A stretch of 64,000 nucleotides of DNA from NCBI GenBank assembly GCA_965197675.1, contig OZ240221.1, positions 280,095 to 344,094 of the forward strand, read 5' to 3'. Both the position numbers and the translations under genes were made by a program. Below the pieces are notes generated by a model that was not told where the DNA came from, ran no database searches, and saw only the letters and a program-made list of their open reading frames with translations. The DNA is from Dehalococcoidia bacterium (GTDB lineage Bacteria > Chloroflexota > Dehalococcoidia > Plut-88900). Below are positions 1-9,240 of this stretch, piece by piece (the stretch's first letter is position 1; every line of letters starts with the position of its first letter).

Positions 1-2
1 TC

Positions 3-1169
3 TCCACGGTCAAAAACGATCTGGAACAACAAAAGGGCATACCTTCCTCTGCGGTGGAAACTTACAAGGCGTTGCTGAACAGACTGAAGTCTCATGCCGA
101 GGCCATTGACGCTCTAGGCTGTGAAGTAGAACTCATACCTCCAATCACCTTGGGACAGCTAGTCTCTCACCCTAAAATGCGCGCCATATTGGATGGTGAG
201 ATAGACGAGGATTTCACAAAGAAGATAATCGGAGAGAATGATCAAGCTTCCCAGGACGTAGGAAACATCCTCGTATTGATGTCTATAGACGCGAGGTTGC
301 TACCCATCGAATTACTGGAAATTTTGGGGTACGACCTCCCTTTGTCCGAACTTGGCGAGATCCTCAACGATCCCCTCATAGCGGAGTTGCTGTATCGTTG
401 TGGAGACCGCTTTAAGGCTGACCTGGAAACCATCGAACGCGAAGGGGTGAGGTCACAGAGACATCTGACCGAAGCCAACCTCCGCTTGGTAGTCAGTGTA
501 GCCAAGAAATACATTGGCAGAGGTATGTCCTTACTGGACCTGATCCAGGAGGGAAACATAGGGCTCATACGAGCCGTTGAAAAATTCGACTATCGTAAAG
601 GATACAAGTTCAGCACTTATGCAACGTGGTGGATTCGTCAAGCCATCACTAGGGCAATCGCTGACCAGGCCCGCACTATCAGGATACCCGTACACATGGT
701 GGAGACCATCAATAAATTGCTGAGGATGAGCCGAAAGCTGGTCCAGGAGTACGGTCGAGAGCCCACAAGCGAAGAGATTAGCAAGGGAATGGAGATCCCC
801 CCCGAAAAAGTGAGGGACATAATCAAGATATCTCAGGAACCCGTATCGCTGGAGACGCCGGTGGGCGAGGAAGACGACAGTCATCTGGGCGACTTCATCG
901 AAGACCGCAGCACTCTGGCGCCGGCCGATGCTGCATCCCATCAGCTTCTCAAGGAACAGGTGAGCGAGGTCTTGGATACTCTGAACGGCAGGGAGCGTCG
1001 AGTGCTTCAGCTCAGGTTTGGCTTGGAAGATGGCAGAAGCCGTACCTTAGAAGAGGTGGGGAGAGAGTTCGGCGTCACCAGAGAGCGCATACGCCAGATC
1101 GAGTCTAAGGCTCTTCGCAAGCTGCGTCACCCCACGCGCAGCAAGAAGCTGAGAGATTTCTTAGAGTAG
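3..1169 (+). CDS. rpoD: Primary RNA polymerase sigma-70 factor (5' end outside window)
   Basis: Region 2 ([38 protein letters not shown]) and region 4 HTH ([20 protein letters not shown]); frame is open back to the window edge. Confidence 0.95.
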   Translation, partial: STVKNDLEQQKGIPSSAVETYKALLNRLKSHAEAIDALGCEVELIPPITLGQLVSHPKMRAILDGEIDEDFTKKIIGENDQASQDVGNILVLMSIDARLLPIELLEILGYDLPLSELGEILNDPLIAELLYRCGDRFKADLETIEREGVRSQRHLTEANLRLVVSVAKKYIGRGMSLLDLIQEGNIGLIRAVEKFDYRKGYKFSTYATWWIRQAITRAIADQARTIRIPVHMVETINKLLRMSRKLVQEYGREPTSEEISKGMEIPPEKVRDIIKISQEPVSLETPVGEEDDSHLGDFIEDRSTLAPADAASHQLLKEQVSEVLDTLNGRERRVLQLRFGLEDGRSRTLEEVGREFGVTRERIRQIESKALRKLRHPTRSKKLRDFLE

Positions 1170-1171
1170 GG

Positions 1172-2512
1172 CTACCTGAAGAACTGGGCAAACTCTTTGC
1201 GAGGCAGTCGCCCCTTCCCACTGGCCATCATCTTCATTAGCTTCTGCATCTGTCTAAATTGATTCAGCAGGTGATTCACGTCTTGAGGCAGCGTACCGCT
1301 TCCTCGGCAGATGCGCTTTTTCCGACCTCCTCCGATGATGTTGGGATTCTGCCTCTCCTCACTAGTCATCGACAAGATTATCGCCTCGGTCTTTTTTAAC
1401 TGTGCTTCATCTACGTCGTCGGCAGAGATCTTCCCCTTCAATACACCGGAGCCGGGTATCATGTCCAGGATCTGATCTATCGGCCCCATCTCTTTGATTT
1501 GATAGAGCTGATCGAGAAAGTCCTCCAGGGTAAATGTGGCCGTGAGTATCTTCTTTTCCATCTCACGGGCTTTGGCCTCGTCCACCGTCATCCTGGCCTT
1601 CTCCACCAGGGTCTTGACGTCCCCCATGCCCAGGATCCTAGAGGCCAGCCGGTCGGGATGAAAGGTCTCCAGCCCATCGGCCTTCTCTCCGGTGCCGATG
1701 TACTTTATGGGTATGCCGGTTACCGAGGTTATGGAGAGGGCAGCCCCACCGCGAGCGTCACCATCCATCTTAGTGAGTACCAGGCCCGTCAGGCCTATCC
1801 TGTCTTGAAACTCCTCGGCTACATTCACCGCATCCTGGCCCGTCATTGCGTCGACCACCAGGAGAGATTCGGTGGGACGGATGGCTCGGCTGATGGAGGA
1901 AAGCTCCTTCATGAGATGATCATCCACCTCTAAACGGCCAGCCGTATCAACTATGACCCAGTCTACTCCAGACTCTCTCCCCTGCTTTAGGCCTCGAGAA
2001 CAGACGTCTACGGGATTGGAGGAGACATCCTGCTTATACACTGGTATGCTCAGCTGATTACCAAGAGCCACCAGCTGATCCACCGCGGCTGGTCTCTGTA
2101 AGTCCGCTGCTACCATGAGAGAAGACTGCTCTGCACGTCTCAGATGGAGGGAGAGTTTGGCCGCAGTTGTAGTCTTACCCGATCCCTGAATTCCCGCAAG
2201 CATGATGACTCCTGGCTTCTGTTCAGGGGAAGCCAGTTCTTGCTCGCCACCTCCTAAGATGGAGGTGATCTCGTCGTGAACTACTTTGATCACTTGCTGT
2301 ACCGGCGTGAGGGTCTCGAGGACTTCGGAGGTGAGACAGCGCTCTCGAACATTGGAAACGAACTGCTTGACGACTTTAAAGTTGACGTCGGCCTCTAACA
2401 GGGCGAGGCGCACCTCTCTCAAGGCGGCATCAACGTCTTCTCCGGTTAGCCTGCCCTTACCTTCTAGTTTCTTCAGGACCCCGATAAGTTTCTCAGATAA
2501 TGCTTCTAGCAA
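1172..2512 (-). CDS. ffh: Signal recognition particle protein Ffh
   Basis: ALLEADV, GIQGSGKTTT, DTAGR, TKMDGDARGG, RILGMGD, Met-rich M domain with GSG. Confidence 0.97.
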   Translation of the reverse strand: MLEALSEKLIGVLKKLEGKGRLTGEDVDAALREVRLALLEADVNFKVVKQFVSNVRERCLTSEVLETLTPVQQVIKVVHDEITSILGGGEQELASPEQKPGVIMLAGIQGSGKTTTAAKLSLHLRRAEQSSLMVAADLQRPAAVDQLVALGNQLSIPVYKQDVSSNPVDVCSRGLKQGRESGVDWVIVDTAGRLEVDDHLMKELSSISRAIRPTESLLVVDAMTGQDAVNVAEEFQDRIGLTGLVLTKMDGDARGGAALSITSVTGIPIKYIGTGEKADGLETFHPDRLASRILGMGDVKTLVEKARMTVDEAKAREMEKKILTATFTLEDFLDQLYQIKEMGPIDQILDMIPGSGVLKGKISADDVDEAQLKKTEAIILSMTSEERQNPNIIGGGRKKRICRGSGTLPQDVNHLLNQFRQMQKLMKMMASGKGRLPRKEFAQFFR

Positions 2513-2571
2513 GATGTTCTCCTTCTCTCAATTGTAGAAGAGGGTCTATAGAGGGTCAAGAACACGTGTGG

Positions 2572-2973
2572 GACTAGATTTCCCAGAAAGGCACCCGTCT
2601 TGTTCCCCAATCGACCGCCCAGGTAGGTTTTGTGTGTGGGGGCACATCCCTTCGAGGGACTCAGGACAGGCCCCCAAACTCCCTGCCAGAGGGTGGTTCC
2701 CTCCGGCAGGCTCAGGATAAACTCTTGGCTCACCATGAGCGGCGGGCACCCTTGGGGGATTCTGGGACAGGCCTCCCTTGGATTCCCGTGTCAAGCACGA
2801 GAATGACGGTATAGGGGGTGGCAGGGGAATGACGGAAAAGAGGGCGGCACGGGAATGACGGCATAGAGAATGAGGGCACCCTTCCCTTCGACTACGCTCA
2901 GGGTAAACTTTAAGCTCATGGTGAGCGGAGATACTTCATCCCCCGACTCCTTCTTCCTCGGGGGATTTTGGTC
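2572..2973. repeat. Modular palindromic intergenic repeat, copy 1
   Basis: Modules GGGGGCACATCCC..CCCTGCCAGAGGG, CTTCGnnnGCTCAGG, GATTCCCGTGTCAAGCACGAGAATGAC and GAGCGGAGATAC, shared with copies near 15.9, 23.6, 24.9, 25.7, 28.7 and 42.1 kb. Confidence 0.85.
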
Positions 2974-3408
2974 GGGCCTTGGTAGGGGCATTTAGAATAC
3001 AATTCGTCGAGCTGTAGGTACGAGTGTAGAATAATTATCTATCTAACATCACGATCTCAGTGGATTTTAGATAACCCAGAATACGTTTGATGGTCTGTAG
3101 TTTACGAGGACTCTACCTGATCTGTCTGTCCAGCGAGGACAGAGCGAGTTTGTTCCTTCCCTCACCGGTAATCATCTCTCTGGTACTCTGGCTGTTGGCC
3201 TATCAGTTCGAGCGTTTCCCTGGAGATTTGTCCTCGGCTCGCCAGATAGTCCACTCGCCCGGGCGATGGCTGGCTGAGCCAGTTGGCTTTACGCTGACCA
3301 GGCAACATATAGGGTGGAGATCCGCTTCTCACTTACTGCGCCTTTGTGATAGAATGCACCCAAGATTCAACAAATCAATAAATCAATCCAGGTTTTGGCA
3401 CGTCTGAG

Positions 3409-3936
3409 ATGAGAGGTAACGTTAGCTCAAGCCAAGCGGTCTTGGTTCTGAACCAGAACTACGAGCCACTGAATGTTTGTAGCTCTCGTCGAGCTGTAGT
3501 TCTGATCCTGAAAGGAAAGGCCGAAACTTTGGAAAACGGCCTAGGTGAGATCCACACCTCCTCGGCCCTGTTTCCACTACCATCGGTGGTGAGATTGGGC
3601 TACATGATCAAACGACCACTCCTTGCCCGTAAGATGTCCCGTCGAGAAGTCTTCATCCGAGACAGCTATTCCTGCCAATATTGTGGGAAAGAGACTCGCG
3701 AACTGACGTTGGACCACGTAGTTCCCAGAAGGTTGGGCGGCGAACACACCTGGGAGAATGTAGCCAGTGCGTGTGTTTCCTGTAACCTCAAGAAGGCGGG
3801 CAGGACTCCGGTACAAGCAGGGATGAAGTTGCGTCAAAGACCTGAGACACCTCCGCAAAGGCGCTACGGAGATTTACAGCCCTATTTGGAAAATCGGGAG
3901 GAGTGGCGCAAGTTCGTTCCAGCCTGGGGGAACTAG
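3409..3936 (+). CDS. HNH endonuclease (McrA-like, CxxC zinc-binding)
   Basis: VLVLNQNYEPL N-terminus, RDSYSCQYCG, LTLDHVVP, WENVASACVSCNLKK. Confidence 0.9.
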   Translation: MRGNVSSSQAVLVLNQNYEPLNVCSSRRAVVLILKGKAETLENGLGEIHTSSALFPLPSVVRLGYMIKRPLLARKMSRREVFIRDSYSCQYCGKETRELTLDHVVPRRLGGEHTWENVASACVSCNLKKAGRTPVQAGMKLRQRPETPPQRRYGDLQPYLENREEWRKFVPAWGN

Positions 3937-4181
3937 GGCTTTACCTGTTCCCTGTCGAACTGCTTCATGTCCTCTAACGTCGCTAATCTTGAGATGCTAG
4001 GCAGAGTCTCTCTTAACTGATTGACTACTATCTGGTTGGGGGCGATGATCACTCTGCCAACCTTTTCCTTACCATCCGACTTAGCTATCACGTAGTCGTT
4101 AACCTTAACGGCCAGGCCGCCGGAGTCGAAGTAGTGCACTCGGCCAGCCCTCTCAAATCGTACTCCCAGTGTTGCACTCAT
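3933..4181 (-). CDS. Short YaaT/RicT (PSP1) N-terminal-domain protein
   Basis: GVRFERAGRVHYFD...V..RLAT.ED resembles the YaaT N-terminus; lies directly after holB, the usual synteny. Confidence 0.7.
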   Translation of the reverse strand: MSATLGVRFERAGRVHYFDSGGLAVKVNDYVIAKSDGKEKVGRVIIAPNQIVVNQLRETLPSISRLATLEDMKQFDREQVKP

Positions 4182-4191
4182 ATTGTTCGAT

Positions 4192-5247
4192 TTATACTGT
4201 AGACCCTGTCACGGCGACTTGAGGCATCCTAAGCATTAGCAACTCCACTACCATCCTTGCATTTACATTACGCTCTAAATCGGCTTGAGTATTGATCAAT
4301 CTATGGATGAACCTTTGTATATCATCCAGTGAGTACCTTCGGGACTGCTCTTGAAGATGCCGAATCATGTGTGTGTTGGTAACCGATCTCATCGCACTAC
4401 CCTTGACCAAGAGCAAGTCCCTCCACCATGATAGCCACTGCCCCAAGATAAGTCTGCCCCTCTGTCGATCCTGACTATGGATAGCTGCCAACTCGACAGC
4501 GTAGCGAAATCTTCCCTCCAAGCCAAGTTCAGACAGCTCTGCGAGACGATTCAGAGTGTTTATACGAGTCTCCAAAATGTTTTCGTCTTGGATGGCGGTG
4601 ACGGCCCAGCCTGGACAGCCCTCAGACAGTCGCGCTAGAAGTTCGGCCTTCTCCTTATCCACTGAAAATTTAGCCGCTAGGATTTCAGACAACCTGACAA
4701 CAGACATGGGACGCAGTTCGATCTTGCTACACCGAGACCGAATGGTGGGTAGGACTGCGTCTTCATTCGTGGTGAGGAGGACCAGAAGCACCTGTGGAGG
4801 TGGCTCTTCAAGGGTCTTGAGCAGACTGTTGGCAGCCTCATTGCTGAGGAGCTCAGCCTCATTGATAATGAAAACCCTGTACGGGCCCTCATAGGGATGA
4901 AGACTGGCGGCCTTTTGAAGCTCCCTCACCTTACCGATGCCGATTCTGGTAGAGCCCTGGACTAGCTCTCCGTCATCCGAGGTGCTGATCACCTGCACGT
5001 CCACGTGCTGGCCTGAATCTACGCGGAGACACTGGGAACAGGATTGACAGGGTTTCTCATCTTCATTTTGGCAGCTGACAGCCTTTGCCAGATGGATAGC
5101 TGCAGCCATCTTCCCCACGTGTCTCGGCCCGATAAATAGATAAGCATGGGACATTCGCCCAGACTTTAGACTGTGAGTCAAGAAGGCCAGAACACCCTCG
5201 TGACCGATTATAGGCATTGAGCGCTGGCCTTCTGCTGTAGTCGTCAC
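4192..5247 (-). CDS. holB: DNA polymerase III delta' subunit
   Basis: HAYLFIGPRHVGK, zinc Cys cluster, AANSLLKTLEEPP, LPTIRSRC. Confidence 0.93.
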   Translation of the reverse strand: MTTTAEGQRSMPIIGHEGVLAFLTHSLKSGRMSHAYLFIGPRHVGKMAAAIHLAKAVSCQNEDEKPCQSCSQCLRVDSGQHVDVQVISTSDDGELVQGSTRIGIGKVRELQKAASLHPYEGPYRVFIINEAELLSNEAANSLLKTLEEPPPQVLLVLLTTNEDAVLPTIRSRCSKIELRPMSVVRLSEILAAKFSVDKEKAELLARLSEGCPGWAVTAIQDENILETRINTLNRLAELSELGLEGRFRYAVELAAIHSQDRQRGRLILGQWLSWWRDLLLVKGSAMRSVTNTHMIRHLQEQSRRYSLDDIQRFIHRLINTQADLERNVNARMVVELLMLRMPQVAVTGSTV

Positions 5248-6557
5248 AGGTCGTGCCCCATGAGGTCTTGGTAGGTCTCTCTGCGACGTATGAGTCTTGC
5301 TTCACCGTCCTTGACCAGAACGATGGGGGGGCGTGGAGCCGCATTGTAATTACTGGCCATCGAAAGGCAGTAGGCACCGGATGCTGGGATGGCTATAAGA
5401 TCCCCAGCGACCACCTCAGGCAGATCTATGTCCTTGATAAGGATGTCTCCGGACTCACAGAACTTGCCGGCAATGGTAACTTGAGTGTCGGCTTTGTCTG
5501 TTGCCTTGTTGGCGACCACAGCTTCGTATCGGGAGCCGTATATAGCCGGACGGATGTTATCCCCCATGCCTCCGTCTACCGATATGTACCTTCTAACGCC
5601 CGGCACGTCCTTTGTGGAGCCTACCTTGTATACTGCAACCCCCGCCTGGCCAACTATGGCTCGGCCCGGCTCAATCACCAGTTTGGGGGGTGGCATATCG
5701 GGCTCTTCGCAGTTCTCTAAAATCGCCGAGGTTATTGTCTCGGCGTACCTAGAGACGGAGGGGGCTGGCTCTTTTTCGGTGTACTGAATGGCGAAGCCTC
5801 CTCCCGGGCTTAGCTCTCCGAGTACGAAATCATATCGCTCCTGCATTTTGGCGGCGAAGGCAGCAGTTATTTCGATGGCCGTCTGATAGGGTTCCAACTC
5901 GTAGATAGGGGAACCCAGGTGGAAATGCAGCCCTAAGAGGTTCAGATTGGGAGCTTCCTTTGCCTCTTTTACCGCTTTCTCAGCCATCCCCCCTTCAATA
6001 GAGATTCCGAACTTGCTGTCCAGAATGCCTGTGGTGGTGTGGGTATGCGTGTGAGGGTCTACCCCAGGAGAAACTCGCAGAAGGATGTCTTGAGCCCTCC
6101 CCCTCCGGCCTGCCAGGTCATCGAGAAGGTGGAGCTCGTAGAAGTTGTCCACCACCACCCTTCCCAACCCCCAGTCCAAGGCGGCCTCCAACTCTTCCGG
6201 GCCCTTGTTGTTGCCGTGAAAATAGACCTTCTCCGGGGGAAAGTTTACAGCCTGCGCCACCGCCATCTCTCCGCCTGAGACCACGTCCAGCCCCAGTCCC
6301 TCCTCCTGGAGAATCCGGGCCAAGTCGAGGTTGACGTAGGCCTTGCAGGCGTATAGGACTAGGACATCCGGGTAGCGTTGGGCGAACTCGCTCTGAAACT
6401 CCCGACACTTATGTCGGAGGGTATCTTCATCAAAGACGTATAGAGGAGTGCCATACTTGTCGGCCAGGTCTGACAGGTCGCACCCACCGATGGAGATGTG
6501 GTTGCTGTCGTTTATCTCAGTAGTTGTGGGGAATATAGCTAGTCGGCCCTGCGGCAA
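5244..6557 (-). CDS. lysA: Diaminopimelate decarboxylase
   Basis: YGTPLYV, YACKA (PLP Lys), DVVSGGE, HFHLGS, EPGR, CESGD, SNYN. Confidence 0.95.
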   Translation of the reverse strand: MPQGRLAIFPTTTEINDSNHISIGGCDLSDLADKYGTPLYVFDEDTLRHKCREFQSEFAQRYPDVLVLYACKAYVNLDLARILQEEGLGLDVVSGGEMAVAQAVNFPPEKVYFHGNNKGPEELEAALDWGLGRVVVDNFYELHLLDDLAGRRGRAQDILLRVSPGVDPHTHTHTTTGILDSKFGISIEGGMAEKAVKEAKEAPNLNLLGLHFHLGSPIYELEPYQTAIEITAAFAAKMQERYDFVLGELSPGGGFAIQYTEKEPAPSVSRYAETITSAILENCEEPDMPPPKLVIEPGRAIVGQAGVAVYKVGSTKDVPGVRRYISVDGGMGDNIRPAIYGSRYEAVVANKATDKADTQVTIAGKFCESGDILIKDIDLPEVVAGDLIAIPASGAYCLSMASNYNAAPRPPIVLVKDGEARLIRRRETYQDLMGHDL

Positions 6558-6636
6558 GGTGAATCACCTAATTTGGAGTGGACTAGGGCATTATACAGAT
6601 ATTGCCAGCGAGCCAGCAAGGTGAGGGTGGCGGTTT

Positions 6637-7320
6637 TCAGGATAACAGTATCTGTAGCGCCCTTTCGAAAATGCCGTCCAGCATAGCCTGGGTGAGTTTA
6701 CCCGTCTGGGTGTTCTGGCGGCTGGGATGATAAGAGGTGACTAGAGTTATGTTCGAAGATAGTTTGTATTCGAGCCCGTGACCGAATTTAGGCTTCGGAG
6801 AGGGAAGCGGGCATTTAAGCACCTTCCAGGCATTGAGAAAGCTATCGAAGGCGATTTTGCCCAACGCAATGACCACTTCGACGTTCCTCAGAACCTCTAA
6901 CTCGGCCAAAAGGTAAGGCTGACATCGCCCCAACTCCTCCGGTAGAGGTTTATTGGCTGGCGGAGCGCATCTCAAAGCCGCGGTGATGTATATGTTCTTC
7001 AGCACCAAGCCATCGCCTCTGTGGGTCGATAATGGCTGGTTGGAGAAATCACATTTATACAGGGAGCGTAACAGCCATTCGCTGCTACCATCTCCTGTGA
7101 ACATACGTCCCGTCCGATTGGCGCCATGGGCAGCAGGGGCCAGACCAAGAATCAATATCTTAGCTGATTCATCACCGAAGCCCGGCACAGGTCGCCCCCA
7201 GTAATCCCAGTCGCTGTACATACGACGCTTTTCCCTGGCTACCGCCTGTCGATACTCCACCAATCTGGGACATTGAGTACATGAGATTATTCGTTGGTTC
7301 AGTTGTTGAAGGATGAGCAT
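6637..7320 (-). CDS. Uracil-DNA glycosylase, family 5 (Fe-S)
   Basis: CTQCPRL, GLAPAAHGANRTGRMFTGD, RCAPPANKP, YHPSRQNT. Confidence 0.9.
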   Translation of the reverse strand: MLILQQLNQRIISCTQCPRLVEYRQAVAREKRRMYSDWDYWGRPVPGFGDESAKILILGLAPAAHGANRTGRMFTGDGSSEWLLRSLYKCDFSNQPLSTHRGDGLVLKNIYITAALRCAPPANKPLPEELGRCQPYLLAELEVLRNVEVVIALGKIAFDSFLNAWKVLKCPLPSPKPKFGHGLEYKLSSNITLVTSYHPSRQNTQTGKLTQAMLDGIFERALQILLS

Positions 7321-7396
7321 TACAGAGAGTATAGCACCGAGGTTGCATGACTCGTAGAATAGACTAAAGCTGAATACTCCAAGGCACGTTCAGGGC

Positions 7397-8125
7397 ATGC
7401 AGAAAAGGGCCCGGTATACTGGTTCACGATTAAGGGGATCATCACTTTATGTAACGTCCCTGGTTGCCTTCCTCGCCCTGTACAACAACCTGATAAACCT
7501 TCTACCAGAGGACCTCCACGATCAAGTCTACGTTCCCTTGAACCTATCCGTAGCACTGCTTTTGCTGCTCTCTGCTAGAGTTTATGGGCTCTCGTGGAGC
7601 GACCTGGGACTATCACCCACTCAATGGCCGCAAGGCGTCGCCTGGGGAATGTCTTTGGGATTGCTACTGACGGCTCCCTTGTTTCTGGCCTTGATCTTGC
7701 CTGGCCCCTTCACCTCGTGGATAGATGATCCCCGAATAGAAGGGATGAGTCTTGCGGGACTGGCTTACTTCGTGTTAGTTCGCATTCCCCTGGGTACTGC
7801 CCTATTCGAGGAAGTGGCGTTCAGGGGAGTCTTGTACGGCACTTTAGAAACGACATTCAATCTACGAACTGCTGTGCTAGTCTCAAGCATCCTGTTCGGT
7901 ATTTGGCATGTCACTCCCACGTTCAACGCACTGGTGGAAGGGGACCGATTTGACGACGCGGCATCTTTGGCGTTGGCAACTCTGGGAATGGTGGTACTCA
8001 CCGGTGTCGGAGGCCTCTTCTTCGCCTGGCTCAGGTGGCGAACTAAAGGTGTATACGGGCCTTTTCTCACTCACTGGTTGATAAATGGGCTGGCGGCCAT
8101 CGCCGCATATATGGCCACGCAATAG
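7397..8125 (+). CDS. CPBP (CAAX/Abi) intramembrane metalloprotease
   Basis: EEVAFRG, FGIWH, HWLIN motifs; multiple hydrophobic segments. Confidence 0.88.
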   Translation: MQKRARYTGSRLRGSSLYVTSLVAFLALYNNLINLLPEDLHDQVYVPLNLSVALLLLLSARVYGLSWSDLGLSPTQWPQGVAWGMSLGLLLTAPLFLALILPGPFTSWIDDPRIEGMSLAGLAYFVLVRIPLGTALFEEVAFRGVLYGTLETTFNLRTAVLVSSILFGIWHVTPTFNALVEGDRFDDAASLALATLGMVVLTGVGGLFFAWLRWRTKGVYGPFLTHWLINGLAAIAAYMATQ

Positions 8126-8151
8126 TTCCAGGTTATCTTGCGAGCATAAGA

Positions 8152-8181
8152 CTTGACATGACTCATATCAGGTAGCATAAT
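8152..8181 (+). promoter_or_regulatory. Sigma-70 promoter with overlapping HAIR-like operator upstream of hspR-grpE-dnaK
   Basis: TTGACA(8153-8158)-17 nt-CATAAT(8176-8181); CTTGACA-N7-TATCAGG (8152-8172) vs HAIR consensus CTTGAGT-N7-ACTCAAG. Confidence 0.6.
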
Positions 8182-8250
8182 ACGTCTTGTATATATCTCA
8201 CGCAATGATTTTCGGTGTCGATAACATCGCATTGAACGAGGTTAACTTCT

Positions 8251-8610
8251 ATGCAAGGTAGAGGCGTATACGTAATGAGGGTGGCCTCCATGCTCTCGGG
8301 GATGCATCCGCAGACCCTGAGAAAATACGAAAGGGTAGGTCTGCTGGCCCCGGCCCGCCGAGGGACCTTACGCATGTACTCTGACGAAGATATCGCTCTT
8401 CTCCGAACGATAAAATACCTGGTCGATGAGGTGGGGCTAAATATAGCCGGCGTAGACTTAGCTCTTAATCTACGTTCGAAACTCCTTCAAATGCAACGAG
8501 AACTGCCCCTTCTCACTGATGATTCCCTGCTAAAGAAACGGCTGGGCAAGTATATATCCAACATGGTTAACACACTGGAGCCTTCCAGGAGTCTTGTAGT
8601 AAGCGGATAG
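8251..8610 (+). CDS. hspR: MerR-family heat-shock repressor HspR
   Basis: GVYVMRVAS.LSGMHPQTLRKYER.GL, RMYS, GLNIAGV; first gene before grpE-dnaK. Confidence 0.85.
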   Translation: MQGRGVYVMRVASMLSGMHPQTLRKYERVGLLAPARRGTLRMYSDEDIALLRTIKYLVDEVGLNIAGVDLALNLRSKLLQMQRELPLLTDDSLLKKRLGKYISNMVNTLEPSRSLVVSG

Positions 8611-8622
8611 GCTCGTCATCTA

Positions 8623-9189
8623 GTGGTAGATAGCATGGAAGGAGAATGGTCAGGAGCAAAAGAGGGGCAGATGGGATATCCAGATGACCTTATGGAACGC
8701 CTACGGCGGTCGGAAGACCATCTGGAGGAGTACAAAAGACTAGCACAGTGGGTACAAGCAGAGCTCAGCAACTACAAACGAAGAGTCGAAGAAGAGCGGG
8801 AAGAGCAGGCAAAGCTCGCTACGGCCGGACTGATAGAAATGCTGCTCCCTGTCGTAGATAGCCTCGACAGGGCCTTGAGCAACTTTCGAGGAGAGTCCGA
8901 CAACCCAGAGTGGAGGAAAGGTATCGAGTTAATTCGAACCAATCTTTTGTCGGTCTTAGAACAAGAAGGCCTCAGCCGGGTGGAGGCCCAAGGCATGTAT
9001 TTCGATCCCAATCAACACGAAGCTATAATGACGGAAGAGACCACAAATATCGAAGACGGAAAGATAATCTCAGTCCATCAAGAAGGCTACATGCTTCATG
9101 GGAGGTTGTTGAGACCGGCGCGTGTCTCGGTGGCGAGAAACAACAATCGCGGCCACGCGGACCATGAAAGCGATAACAGCTATGAATAA
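8623..9189 (+). CDS. grpE: Nucleotide exchange factor GrpE
   Basis: AELSNYKRR, LLPVVDSLDRAL, FDPNQHEA, GY.LHGRLLRPARVSV. Confidence 0.93.
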   Translation: MVDSMEGEWSGAKEGQMGYPDDLMERLRRSEDHLEEYKRLAQWVQAELSNYKRRVEEEREEQAKLATAGLIEMLLPVVDSLDRALSNFRGESDNPEWRKGIELIRTNLLSVLEQEGLSRVEAQGMYFDPNQHEAIMTEETTNIEDGKIISVHQEGYMLHGRLLRPARVSVARNNNRGHADHESDNSYE

Positions 9190-9240
9190 GGCTTACGGTT
9201 ACGGAATCACGATAAGGGGAAGAAAGAGAGGTTGGAAAGA

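Noticed and set aside
2506-2991. Short ORFs in repeat regions (also 16109, 24849, 28654, 42098)
   Set aside because: They are translations of the palindromic repeat family
3087-3407. 106-aa ORF or ncRNA upstream of the HNH gene
   Set aside because: No RBS, motif or recognisable RNA structure
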